24,000 nt of DNA, taken from positions 1 to 24,000 of the forward strand of contig CAYYCV010000012.1 of assembly GCA_964470405.1 (NCBI GenBank), written 5' to 3'. A program made the position numbers and the translations under genes. The notes under the pieces were generated by a model that did no database searches, was not told where the DNA came from, and worked only from the letters and a program-made list of their open reading frames with translations. Numbering within the stretch: the stretch's first letter is position 1; each line of letters begins with the position of its first letter. Of this stretch, positions 8,867 to 16,977 are shown piece by piece. The DNA is from an uncultured Bacillales bacterium (lineage in GTDB: Bacteria; Bacillota; Bacilli; Paenibacillales; CAYYCV01).

Positions 8867-9175
8867 TCAGTCCTTTTTATTGTTTTTCCTGCCCGCTATC
8901 GCATAGCGTATGCGCACGATCAGCATCAGACCGATCGCCACGCCCAAACAAAGCACAATCGGCAGCCCGATATCGATCTGAAAAAGAAGCAGAATGAACG
9001 CCCCGACCGCGATGAGGATCAGCACGATCAACTCTTTCAAAATCGGGAGGCGCCGCACGCGAAACACCTTGTTATAAATATACACCAAAAAAAGAAAGAT
9101 CAAAATGTAAGCAATCCACGGGTGTGCAGCCAACCAGCCATTGAACCCGGTTTGTCGGGCCATTTGTTCAGGCAA
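8867..9175 (-). CDS. ylaH: YlaH-like small membrane protein
   Basis: TTG start about 10 nt after GGAGG. Three hydrophobic helices and a basic C-terminus. Sits immediately downstream of typA, as ylaH does in B. subtilis. Confidence 0.6.
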   Translation of the reverse strand: MPEQMARQTGFNGWLAAHPWIAYILIFLFLVYIYNKVFRVRRLPILKELIVLILIAVGAFILLLFQIDIGLPIVLCLGVAIGLMLIVRIRYAIAGRKNNKKD

Positions 9176-9212
9176 AGGATTCGACCTCCCTGTTTCATCT
9201 TCTCAGCGCATA

Positions 9213-11057
9213 CTACACGTTCAATTCGGACGATTTCCGGTGTTTCTCGTAACGCTCCCGTTCCCCTTTGTTCAATATTTTCTTGCGCAGCCGAATCGAC
9301 TTCGGCGTAATCTCGCAATATTCGTCATCGTTCAAATATTCCAGCGCTTGCTCCAGCGAAAAAATTCTCGGCGTTTTCATCTTCACCGTTTCTTCCTTGG
9401 TGGCGGAGCGCACGTTGGTCACCTGCTTTTCCTTGCAAATATTGACAATAATATCGTTGTCCCTCGTATGCTCGCCGACAATCATGCCCTCGTAAACCTC
9501 CGTCGCCGGATGAACGAACAGGGTTCCCCTGTCTTCCACGGAAAGGATGCCGTAAAGCTTCGCCACGCCCGTCTCGCTGGAAACCAGCACGCCCTGATGG
9601 CGTCCGCCGACATCCAGACCGAAATAGGGGGCGTAGCTGTCGAACGCGTGATTCATCACGCCGTAGCCGCGCGTCAGCGTCAGGAAGTGGGTGCGGTATC
9701 CGATCAAACCGCGCGCGGGAATCAAAAACTCCAGACGCACTTGACCCGCCCCGTTGTTGACCATGTTCACCATCTCCGCCTTGCGGCTGCCCAGGCTTTC
9801 CATCACGCCGCCCATGCTCTCTTCCGGCACATCGATGATCAATCGCTCGACAGGCTCCATGCGGACGCCGTTGATCTCCTTAATGATGACCTCCGGTTTG
9901 GAAACCTGCAATTCGAATCCATCCCGGCGCATGTTTTCGATCAGAATGCCAAGGTGAAGCTCGCCGCGCCCGGAAACGACGAACGCGTCGGGGCTGTCCG
10001 TTTCCTCCACCCGCAAGCTGACATCCGTTTCCAGCTCCTTAAACAGCCGCTCCTGCAGCTTGCGGGAAGTGACCCATTTGCCTTCCCTTCCGGCGAACGG
10101 GCTGTTGTTGACCAGAAACGTCATCTGCATCGTCGGCTCGTCGATTTTCAGCACCGGCAACGCCTCCGGCCGAGCCGGATCGGCGATCGTTTCGCCGACG
10201 TTGATTTCCTTGATGCCGGCCACGGCGATGATGTCGCCTGCGCCGGCTTCGTCGATCTCGACCCGCTTCAAGCCCTGAAACCCGAACAGCTTTTCTATCC
10301 GCGCCTGTTTCTGCTTGCCCTCGCGGGTCATCACCACAACCGATTGGCCCTGGCGAATGATGCCCCGATTGACCCGGCCAATCCCGATTCTTCCCATATA
10401 CTCGTTATAATCGATCAATGTGACCAAAAATTGCAGCGGCAAGTCCGTGCTTTCCGACGGGGAAGGAATATGTCCGATAATCGTTTCAAACAACGCCAGC
10501 ATATCCTGGGATTGCCGATCCGGCTCAAGCCCGGACGTGCCGTTCAGCGCGGAGGCGTAAACGACCGGAAAGTCGAGCTGTTCGTCGCTCGCGTTCAACT
10601 CGATGAACAATTCCAGCACCTCGTCCACCACTTCCGCCGGCCGCGCATTCGGACGATCCACTTTATTCAGCACCACGATCGGTGAAAGGTGATGCTCCAA
10701 CGCCTTGCGCAGCACGAATTTCGTCTGCGGCATGCAGCCTTCGAACGCGTCCACCACGAGCAGCACGCCGTCGACCATCTTCATGATGCGCTCCACTTCG
10801 CCGCCGAAATCGGCGTGGCCGGGCGTATCGACAATATTGATCAGGAAATCCTTGAACGTGATCGCTGTATTTTTGGCCAAAATGGTAATCCCGCGTTCGC
10901 GTTCCAGATCGTTGGAATCCATCGCCCGCTCCTGGACCGCCTCGTGTTCGCGATAAGCGCCCGCTTGCTGGAGCAGCCGATCGACCAGGGTCGTTTTGCC
11001 GTGATCGACGTGGGCAATAATCGCGATATTGCGAATTTTTTTTCTTTCATGCATCAT
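9213..11057 (-). CDS. typA: translational GTPase TypA/BipA
   Basis: G-domain motifs [34 protein letters not shown]. 614 aa, full-length BipA-like including the C-terminal domain. RBS GAAGGGA. Confidence 0.95.
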   Translation of the reverse strand: MMHERKKIRNIAIIAHVDHGKTTLVDRLLQQAGAYREHEAVQERAMDSNDLERERGITILAKNTAITFKDFLINIVDTPGHADFGGEVERIMKMVDGVLLVVDAFEGCMPQTKFVLRKALEHHLSPIVVLNKVDRPNARPAEVVDEVLELFIELNASDEQLDFPVVYASALNGTSGLEPDRQSQDMLALFETIIGHIPSPSESTDLPLQFLVTLIDYNEYMGRIGIGRVNRGIIRQGQSVVVMTREGKQKQARIEKLFGFQGLKRVEIDEAGAGDIIAVAGIKEINVGETIADPARPEALPVLKIDEPTMQMTFLVNNSPFAGREGKWVTSRKLQERLFKELETDVSLRVEETDSPDAFVVSGRGELHLGILIENMRRDGFELQVSKPEVIIKEINGVRMEPVERLIIDVPEESMGGVMESLGSRKAEMVNMVNNGAGQVRLEFLIPARGLIGYRTHFLTLTRGYGVMNHAFDSYAPYFGLDVGGRHQGVLVSSETGVAKLYGILSVEDRGTLFVHPATEVYEGMIVGEHTRDNDIIVNICKEKQVTNVRSATKEETVKMKTPRIFSLEQALEYLNDDEYCEITPKSIRLRKKILNKGERERYEKHRKSSELNV

Positions 11058-11089
11058 TTGCAGTTCCCTTCATTCCATAGGATGTAATA

Positions 11090-11129
11090 CAAAACCATAA
11101 AATAAGCGTCGGACAAGACACCGACGCTT
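11090..11129 (-). terminator. hairpin plus U-rich tail: terminator of the upstream membrane-protein gene, or an attenuator/5' stabiliser in the typA leader
   Basis: AAGCGTCGG-N8-CCGACGCTT (11104-11129), followed on the minus strand by ATTTTATGGTTTTG. Confidence 0.5.
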
Positions 11130-11143
11130 GAGACATAGTGTAC

Positions 11144-11172
11144 ATTATAGAGCTTTTCGCCATAAATTACAA
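11144..11172 (-). promoter_or_regulatory. sigma-A-type promoter candidate for typA
   Basis: Minus strand: TTGTAA (11172-11167), 17-nt spacer, TATAAT (11149-11144). Located upstream of the hairpin at 11104-11129. Confidence 0.4.
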
Positions 11173-11219
11173 GTCGCTCCTGTCGTCCCATCCGCAAAGC
11201 GTCCGGCCATGCCGTCGTT

Positions 11220-11696
11220 TCACCATGCTCTCGGCCGGCGGTAAATCAAATACAGGCCGACCGCAATCAACGCAACCGCTATAAAATACACACCGCCCGC
11301 CAACAAAAGCGTAAAGCCGAAAAACACCACGGATATGCCGCCGACGATCAAAGAGGCCAACAGCGCGCCCCGGGGATGGTCGACGCTGAACAGATAAAAT
11401 TCATACAAGCCGATCGCCACGCCGAGAATAAATCCCGGCCAAAGATAGCCCATGGCGTGCCAACCGAACACATTGCAATAAAAAAACATGAGCGCGTACA
11501 CGGTCAAAATCCCGCCCGGGATCAGGACGCCGGAAGGAAGCATGCGAGCAAAAAAGAAGAAATGAAACAGCAGCCCCGGAATCAGGACGAACAGCGGCCA
11601 AAGGTTGCCCAAAAAGCCGAATACCCCGAATTTGCCCAGCAACAAAATAACGCCCAGTATGATAATCAATATACCGCCGGTGTAGGATCTCGACAT
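11220..11696 (-). CDS. multi-pass membrane protein (LiaF-N/DUF5668-like), hypothetical
   Basis: The ORF track starts at 11822. I place the start at ATG 11696 (MSRSYTGGILIIILG), preceded by GGAGGGGGAG. Almost entirely hydrophobic helices. Confidence 0.7.
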   Translation of the reverse strand: MSRSYTGGILIIILGVILLLGKFGVFGFLGNLWPLFVLIPGLLFHFFFFARMLPSGVLIPGGILTVYALMFFYCNVFGWHAMGYLWPGFILGVAIGLYEFYLFSVDHPRGALLASLIVGGISVVFFGFTLLLAGGVYFIAVALIAVGLYLIYRRPRAW

Positions 11697-11781
11697 GGTT
11701 ACTCCCCCTCCGTCAAACCGCGAAACGATATTTATTTCGAAGCGATTCGAAACGACATCCAACGACATGAATTTATGTTTT

Positions 11782-11811
11782 ATTGTAACATAACGCCATT
11801 CGAAAAAACAA
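11782..11811 (-). promoter_or_regulatory. promoter candidate with extended -10 for the membrane-protein gene
   Basis: Minus strand: TTGTTT, 18 nt, TGTTACAAT (TG-extended TACAAT at 11787-11782). Confidence 0.35.
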
Positions 11812-11853
11812 ACAGTTGCCAAACCCCGATTTCCCAGGGAATATCAACTGTTT
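11803..11853 (-). terminator. intrinsic terminator downstream of the TerC gene
   Basis: Minus strand: AAACAGTTG-N26-CAACTGTTT followed by GTTTTTT. The 9-bp stem encloses an inner CCC/GGG stem. Confidence 0.6.
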
Positions 11854-11899
11854 CGTACATGCCTGCGCCACACTCACGCCGCTTTTTTCACCGCACTTT
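11850..11899 (-). repeat. possible diverged or truncated copy C of the intergenic repeat family
   Basis: Minus strand AAAGTGCGGTGAAAAAAGCGGCGTGAGTGTGGCGCAGGCATGTACGAAAC versus copy B AAAGTGCGGTGAAAAAGCGGTGCGGGGCTTGGGCCTGGACGAGCGAAAC. The 5' 22 nt are nearly identical; the rest is about 60% similar by eye. Confidence 0.35.
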
Positions 11900-11913
11900 A
11901 ATGTTTTTCGATA

Positions 11914-12597
11914 TCATTGGTTTTGATGCTTTTTGGACGACATCCACTTGATGACAAGCCCGGCGACGATGACCAGCACTGTCGCACCCACCGGCAAAAT
12001 CCAATCGAAGGACGGGCTGGCCTCCTCCAGCATCTTGCCGATTCTATGGTCGTGCATCACCATTTCGCCCGCGGTATAGCCCAAAATGCCGGCGCCGATA
12101 TAAATGAGAATGGGGAATTTGTGCAGCAGCTTCATGATGATCGTACTGCCCCAGACGATCAACGGAATGCTCAGGCCGACGCCCAGAACGATGAGGAAGT
12201 AATCCTTGTTCGCGATTGCGGCAATCGCCAGCACATTGTCCAGGCTCATGACGAAATCGGCCACGATGATCGTTTGGATCGCGCCGGCCAACGAGGCGGC
12301 CTGTTTGATATTGGACTTGCTCCCCTCTTCATCGGCCAGCAGCTTGATCGCAATATAGATCAGAAGCAGGGAACCCACCGCCTGGATGTAAGGAACGTTC
12401 AACAGAAAGACGGCGACGATGGTAAGGATGACGCGCAATATGACCGCCCCGAACGCGCCCCACCAAATGGCCTGCTTGCGCTGGTGTATCGGCAGGTTTT
12501 TGCTGGCCATGGCGATGACCACCGCGTTGTCCCCGCTCAATACGATATTGATCAGCACGATTTGCAAAAACAAAAAAAGAATTCCGCCATTGTTCAA
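11914..12597 (-). CDS. TerC-family integral membrane protein (YjbE-like)
   Basis: Duplicated signature LSGDNAVVIAMA ... MSLDNVLAIAAIA within a 7-TM-like hydrophobic profile. 227 aa. Confidence 0.9.
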   Translation of the reverse strand: MNNGGILFLFLQIVLINIVLSGDNAVVIAMASKNLPIHQRKQAIWWGAFGAVILRVILTIVAVFLLNVPYIQAVGSLLLIYIAIKLLADEEGSKSNIKQAASLAGAIQTIIVADFVMSLDNVLAIAAIANKDYFLIVLGVGLSIPLIVWGSTIIMKLLHKFPILIYIGAGILGYTAGEMVMHDHRIGKMLEEASPSFDWILPVGATVLVIVAGLVIKWMSSKKHQNQ

Positions 12598-12720
12598 GTC
12601 CTCCTGTAAATTATTAAGAAGAAAAGGTATAATGTATGTACCACCTTCATAAATAAGAATAAAGATTCCATCCGTATTCTTTCATGAAGCTGGAAATTTG
12701 ATGCAAATGGGGTGTTTAGA

Positions 12721-12996
12721 ATGAGTAGATTATCTGATGAACAAGTCTCCATTTATTTAAGGAAGCTTCCCAAATGGAAATTTGAACAAGACCATCTGGT
12801 CAAAACTTTTCAATTTGCCAAATTCGCCGACTCCATTCAATTCGTCAACCAAATCGCCGAACTGGCAGAGCATGCCAACCACCATCCCAACATCGATATC
12901 CGGTATAATCAGGTCAAGGTTTCCCTTACGACGCACGATAAACAGGGCGTGAGCGGCAAGGACTTTTCCCTGGCCCAACAAATCGAGAATACGTAG
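12721..12996 (+). CDS. 4a-hydroxytetrahydrobiopterin (pterin-4-alpha-carbinolamine) dehydratase
   Basis: ATG 12721 preceded by GGGGTG (the track's GTG 12712 is an alternative). Signature LPKWKF...EHANHHPNIDIRYNQVKVSLTTHD. Confidence 0.85.
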   Translation: MSRLSDEQVSIYLRKLPKWKFEQDHLVKTFQFAKFADSIQFVNQIAELAEHANHHPNIDIRYNQVKVSLTTHDKQGVSGKDFSLAQQIENT

Positions 12997-13050
12997 TATA
13001 CTGCCGCATGATCCATTACGTTTCAACGGATCGATTGGTTTCACTTTCCT

Positions 13051-14256
13051 TTAGAAAAAAGTTTCGAAACCGCTTTTTTTTCCGCCCACGGAAATAATAC
13101 GGGTTTCGGTGCGCGCTATCGCTTCATCGATCCTTTCAGGCAGCCACGCCATCTGGCCCTCTATTTTCTCGACGACACGCAAGTTCGGGTTCGTGCTCGG
13201 CGACTTCGGGAGAAACAATGTGCAGCAATCCTCATAAGGTTGTATGGAAATAGGATATGTCTCCAGTTCCTCGGCTATTCGGATGATTTCAATCTTGTCC
13301 ATCATAATCAGCGGCCGCAAAATCGGCAGACCGCATACTTGACCGGTCGCATGAAGGCTGGGCAGCGTCTGGCTCGCCACTTGTCCCAGGTTCTCCCCGG
13401 TGACAATGGCGAGCGCCTCGGAACGCCGGGCCAATTTTTCCGCAATCCGAAACATCGCCCTCCGCATCAAAATAACCAGCAGGTTCTCCCGCCCTTCGTC
13501 GCGCAGCCCGGTTTGGATCTCCGTAAACGGAACCATGTGCAGACGGATGCTCTTCCCGTACTCCGTCAGCTTGCGGATCAGATCGACCGCTTTTTGCTGC
13601 GCCCTTTCGCTGGTAAAAGGGAAGCTGTGAAAATGCACGGCCTCGATCTCCAGCCCCCTTCTCATCGCCATCCAGCCGGCCACCGGGCTGTCGATGCCGC
13701 CGGACAGCATCAGCATGGCTTTGCCGTTGCTTCCGAGCGGGTATCCGCCCAACCCGGGAATCACCTCGCTGAACAGGTAGGCTCCTTCGTTCCTGATTTC
13801 CACCCGCAATTCCGTCTGCGGATGATGCACGTCCACTTTCAGCCCGTTCAAATGCTGCAACAGGAAGGAGCCGACGAGGCGATGGATTTGAATCGAGTCG
13901 TACGGAAACGCTTTGTTGGTCCTTCTGGCCGACACTTTGAACGTTTCCGGAAGCTGCGGCAATTCGGTCATCATGTCCAGCGCGGTTTGGCAAATCTCAT
14001 CGGGATCCAGTCCGGTTTTCCGCACTGGGCTGAAGGAGGAAAGCCCGAACACTTTTTTCAACAGCGGGGCAATCTCCTCGTACGCTTCCCCGTTCAACTC
14101 GACGTGCAGCCTGCCGAACGCCTTGCTGATTTGAACGCGGGGAAAAGGCCGCAGCAAAACGCGCAGATGGGCGATCGCCCGGTTTTCAAACCGGTGGCGG
14201 TTTCTTCCCTTCAAAGTCAACTCTCCAAAACGCAAAAGAATCATATCGGTCCGCAT
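13051..14256 (-). CDS. thiI: tRNA uracil 4-sulfurtransferase ThiI
   Basis: Start reassigned to ATG 14256 (MRTDMILLRFGELTLKGRNR, the canonical ThiI N-terminus) after GAGGATG. THUMP region and PP-loop LSGGIDSPVAGW. The upstream 51 codons of the track ORF translate a DNA tandem repeat. Confidence 0.9.
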   Translation of the reverse strand: MRTDMILLRFGELTLKGRNRHRFENRAIAHLRVLLRPFPRVQISKAFGRLHVELNGEAYEEIAPLLKKVFGLSSFSPVRKTGLDPDEICQTALDMMTELPQLPETFKVSARRTNKAFPYDSIQIHRLVGSFLLQHLNGLKVDVHHPQTELRVEIRNEGAYLFSEVIPGLGGYPLGSNGKAMLMLSGGIDSPVAGWMAMRRGLEIEAVHFHSFPFTSERAQQKAVDLIRKLTEYGKSIRLHMVPFTEIQTGLRDEGRENLLVILMRRAMFRIAEKLARRSEALAIVTGENLGQVASQTLPSLHATGQVCGLPILRPLIMMDKIEIIRIAEELETYPISIQPYEDCCTLFLPKSPSTNPNLRVVEKIEGQMAWLPERIDEAIARTETRIISVGGKKSGFETFF

Positions 14257-14285
14257 GACGACATCCTCACTATAGATTAATGACA

Positions 14286-14420
14286 TTTCGATTGAAAACG
14301 ATTGATAGCATTCCGATTGAAAACGATTAACGGCACTCCGTTGAAAACAGTTGATGCTTTCGACTGAACACGATGGACGGCAATTCCACTGAAAAACGAT
14401 TGATAGCATTCCGATTGTCC
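14286..14420. repeat. tandem array, about 5.5 copies of a 23-25-nt unit (TTCCGATTGAAAACGATTGATAGCA)
   Basis: Units at 14286-14310, 14311-14335, 14336-14358, 14359-14383, 14384-14408 and a partial unit at 14409-14420. An exact 25-mer, AAAACGATTGATAGCATTCCGATTG, occurs at 14295-14319 and 14393-14417. Confidence 0.9.
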
Positions 14421-14429
14421 GCTGTGGAT

Positions 14430-15635
14430 TCAGGCGTCTTCGCTGTGCATTACCGCTCTTCCCGCAGGCCTGGGCATCCCCGCCATAGATTGGAGCCGGG
14501 CAACGGTCACCCGCAGCTTTTCCGCCAAATACGCGATGTCTTGGTCCGTATGCATGGGCGACAGACTGACTCGAATCCCGCTGGATGCCAGCTTCGCGTC
14601 CAACCCCATTTCCAGCAGCACCCGGCTGGGGCGGTCTTCCCCGGAAGCGCAGGCGGATTTGCTGGAAACGTAAACGTCATGTGCTTCCAGCGCATGAACG
14701 ACGACCTCCGACTTCAAGCCGGGAAGGCAAAAATGAACGATGTGCGGGGCCATCTCTTCCGCGCGGGAGGAGCCGCTGAGAAGCAAACCGGGAATTTGCC
14801 CGATTTGCTCGATCATGCGGGCCCGCAAACCGACCAAATGAGCGCGGTTCGATTCCAGTTGCTCCATCGACATCCGTATAGCTTTAGCCATCCCCACAAT
14901 AAAAGGGACATTCTCTGTCCCCGATCGCACGCCCGATTCCTGACCGCCGCCGGCAAGCAGCGGCGACAGCGCCAGTCCCGCTTTTTTGCAAAGCGCTCCG
15001 ACCCCTTTGGGTCCCCGCAGTTTGTGGGCGGACAAGCTCAACAAATCGATGCCCGACCGGTGCGGATCGAGCGGCAGCTTGCCGACGCTTTGCACGGCAT
15101 CGACGTGGAATATGATCTTGGGATGGCTCCGCTTCAACCACGAACCGATCGCCTCTACCGGTTGTATGCGCCCCGTCTCATTATTCACGTGCATCACACT
15201 GACAAGCACCGTCCGGCCGTCCACGGCCTCCATCACATCCTGCAAACGCACGGAGCCGCTCCGATCCACCGGAACATAAACGACATCGAAACCGTGCTGC
15301 TGCTCCAACTGGCGGAAGCACTCATACACGGACGCATGCTCGATGCCGGTCGTAACCAGGCGATTTCCCCTGCTGCGGTAACGAAAAGCCGCGCCTTTAA
15401 TCGCCAGATTGTTGCTTTCGGTTCCGCCCGAAGTAAATATGATGTCGATATTGCGCGCCCGCAGATTCAACGCCTCGGCGATCACCTCGCGCGAAGCCCC
15501 GACCAGCCGCTCGGCTTCCATCCCCAACCGATGAATGGAGGAAGGGTTGCCGAAATGCATCTTCATCACTTCCGCCACCGTTTCAACCACTTCATCGTAC
15601 GGTGGGGTCGTCGCGCTATGATCAAAGTAATACAT
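14430..15635 (-). CDS. class V aminotransferase-fold cysteine desulfurase (NifZ/IscS-like, ThiI partner)
   Basis: RBS GAAGGAGAG. Motifs FTSGGTESNN, PLP-lysine motif SAHKLRGPKGVGAL, active-site Cys loop SSKSACASG. Located upstream of thiI on the same strand, as for B. subtilis nifZ-thiI. Confidence 0.9.
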   Translation of the reverse strand: MYYFDHSATTPPYDEVVETVAEVMKMHFGNPSSIHRLGMEAERLVGASREVIAEALNLRARNIDIIFTSGGTESNNLAIKGAAFRYRSRGNRLVTTGIEHASVYECFRQLEQQHGFDVVYVPVDRSGSVRLQDVMEAVDGRTVLVSVMHVNNETGRIQPVEAIGSWLKRSHPKIIFHVDAVQSVGKLPLDPHRSGIDLLSLSAHKLRGPKGVGALCKKAGLALSPLLAGGGQESGVRSGTENVPFIVGMAKAIRMSMEQLESNRAHLVGLRARMIEQIGQIPGLLLSGSSRAEEMAPHIVHFCLPGLKSEVVVHALEAHDVYVSSKSACASGEDRPSRVLLEMGLDAKLASSGIRVSLSPMHTDQDIAYLAEKLRVTVARLQSMAGMPRPAGRAVMHSEDA

Positions 15636-15814
15636 TTTTCTCTCCTTCGCTCTTCGCCGTTCCCATTCGTTTTAAGTTTCTCGTTGTTCCAAGGTTCCAT
15701 TTTCAAGCTTCCCGATTACCAAACTTCTTGGTTGGTCAAGATTTGCTCATTCGAATTTTTATTAATGCAAATTTCCCAATTACCCGTTTGCCAACTTGCC
15801 GCTTTATAAATTTT

Positions 15815-15880
15815 TCGTTGGTTCAAGCCTGCGTTGGTTCAAGTCCGCGGTTGGCTCAAACCTGGCGTTGGTTCAGGCCT
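15815..15880. repeat. four tandem 16-17-nt units (GCGTTGGTTCAAGYCY)
   Basis: TCGTTGGTTCAAGCCT / GCGTTGGTTCAAGTCC / GCGGTTGGCTCAAACCT / GGCGTTGGTTCAGGCCT. A fifth related TTGGTTGGTCAAG lies at about 15729-15741. Confidence 0.75.
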
Positions 15881-16386
15881 GTCACGGATTGCAAATTTCC
15901 CCTTCAAACTCCCACCGTTTCATTTTACATCTTAATGCTTTGATTTTCCAAGTGCAAATTGGACTCTCGCGAAAGCCCGTTGAAAAAGCGATACAGACCA
16001 AATATAGATCAAAAAATGGAACAATGGAAAAATGTGACGATAGCTTTGATTCGCGCTTTTTAACTTGATGGCCTACAACGCCTGCTGTTGCGCGTGTTTG
16101 TTGCTTCCCAATCAGACAAAATGCAGCAACGTAGCACGATCCGAGGCTTTGCTTTGGGTAAGGGACTTCGGGCTTCGGGGCGGGAATCGGGGCATAGTCG
16201 GCCCAAAATGAGAGGCCGGGGCAACGCGTCAGTTAAGGTCAATGAATGACGGGAGCCTTCTTGCGCTGAAGGGTATTGAAGTGCTTTCACCCACTCGTAT
16301 GGGGCGCTTCCGCCGTTCGTCTTCTTCCGGCGCCATCATCAAGCGGGTCGTACGTGCATTGATGCAGCGCATTTGCGGGAGATGCA

Positions 16387-16419
16387 GTGAAAGTCCTGTG
16401 AAAGTCCCGTGAAATCGCT
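16387..16419. repeat. three tandem 11-nt units (GTGAAAGTCCY)
   Basis: GTGAAAGTCCT GTGAAAGTCCC GTGAAATCGCT read directly from the sequence. Confidence 0.6.
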
Positions 16420-16862
16420 CGTTTGTACGATAAAACATACACGAGGCTTTGATTATGCCCGGATAAAAGTCATGCCGGGTGATTTTTCGTACAATATGGC
16501 CGCCGATCGGCTTTGAAATTGCAGATTTTGTATGAGGAATCGTATAAACCGGCCGATTGGGCGGAAAATCGCTCCAGTGGTATGTGATATTTCATATAAA
16601 ATGCATTTTTCAAGCTCGTAACAATTTACCGAGATTGACTTAATCCGAAAATAGCGCTCATTGCGCTCGCCATAATTTTTGCGGTTGAAAAGCTGCGATG
16701 AACGGCTGCTTAGCTCTCGGGGGCGTTTTAGAAAAAACGCCCCAAGGGGCCACGTCCGGTTCCCGCGAGGTGGGCCTGGTTTCGCGCCGCCGACGCCGGC
16801 CCCCGCCGCGCGCCTTCGACGGCGCAAGGGAAGGCCAGTGAAAACGCTGGCCTTCCCACGTC

Positions 16863-16891
16863 AAAAGGCCAACCCCAAATCCCGGTTGGCC
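16863..16891 (-). terminator. candidate terminator for the repeat-protein gene
   Basis: Minus strand: GGCCAACC-N9-GGTTGGCC followed by TTTT, about 90 nt after the stop at 16978. Confidence 0.4.
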
Positions 16892-16977
16892 GGACAACAC
16901 GAACAGGGCTGCCCCTCGGTTCCATGCGAGCCGTTGGAACAGCAGGCGCATAGACCGTCGGAACAGCCCCTTCCGGT

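Noticed and set aside
7504-8997. 497-aa plus-strand ORF
   Set aside because: Antisense to the LCP gene, the small hypothetical gene and ylaH. Low-complexity translation with no start context.
9141-10685. 514-aa plus-strand ORF
   Set aside because: Antisense to typA, whose GTPase motifs are unambiguous.
12598-12711. yybP-ykoY (Mn2+) riboswitch or T-box upstream of the TerC-family gene (an AAGGTGGTAC match on the minus strand)
   Set aside because: The intergenic region is only 114 nt, is shared with the divergent dehydratase gene, and lacks the conserved riboswitch cores. The 8-nt T-box-like match has no specifier or terminator context. Only a nested hairpin (12645-12689) is present.
14257-14409. 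N-terminal 51-codon extension of the thiI ORF
   Set aside because: It translates the 25-nt DNA tandem repeat. The canonical ThiI N-terminus (MRTDMILLRFGELTLKG) with an RBS begins at 14256.
14286-14420. Possible CRISPR array
   Set aside because: The units are contiguous with no unique spacers, the unit length is only 23-25 nt, there are no cas genes, and the array lies inside an operon spacer.
13240-15809. 346-aa and 478-aa plus-strand ORFs (13240..14280 and 14373..15809)
   Set aside because: Antisense shadows of thiI and the cysteine desulfurase gene. The translations are Arg/His/Gln/Pro-rich.
15815-15880. tRNA genes or remnants suggested by GGTTCAAGTCC T-loop-like cores
   Set aside because: No acceptor, D or anticodon arms can be drawn around any unit. 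The 16-17-nt periodicity is incompatible with tRNA gene length.
16143-16451. 10-nt direct repeat CGAGGCTTTG about 300 nt apart, as possible target-site duplication of an inserted element
   Set aside because: A single 10-mer match at this spacing is within chance expectation for the window. No terminal inverted repeats or transposase remnants were seen.
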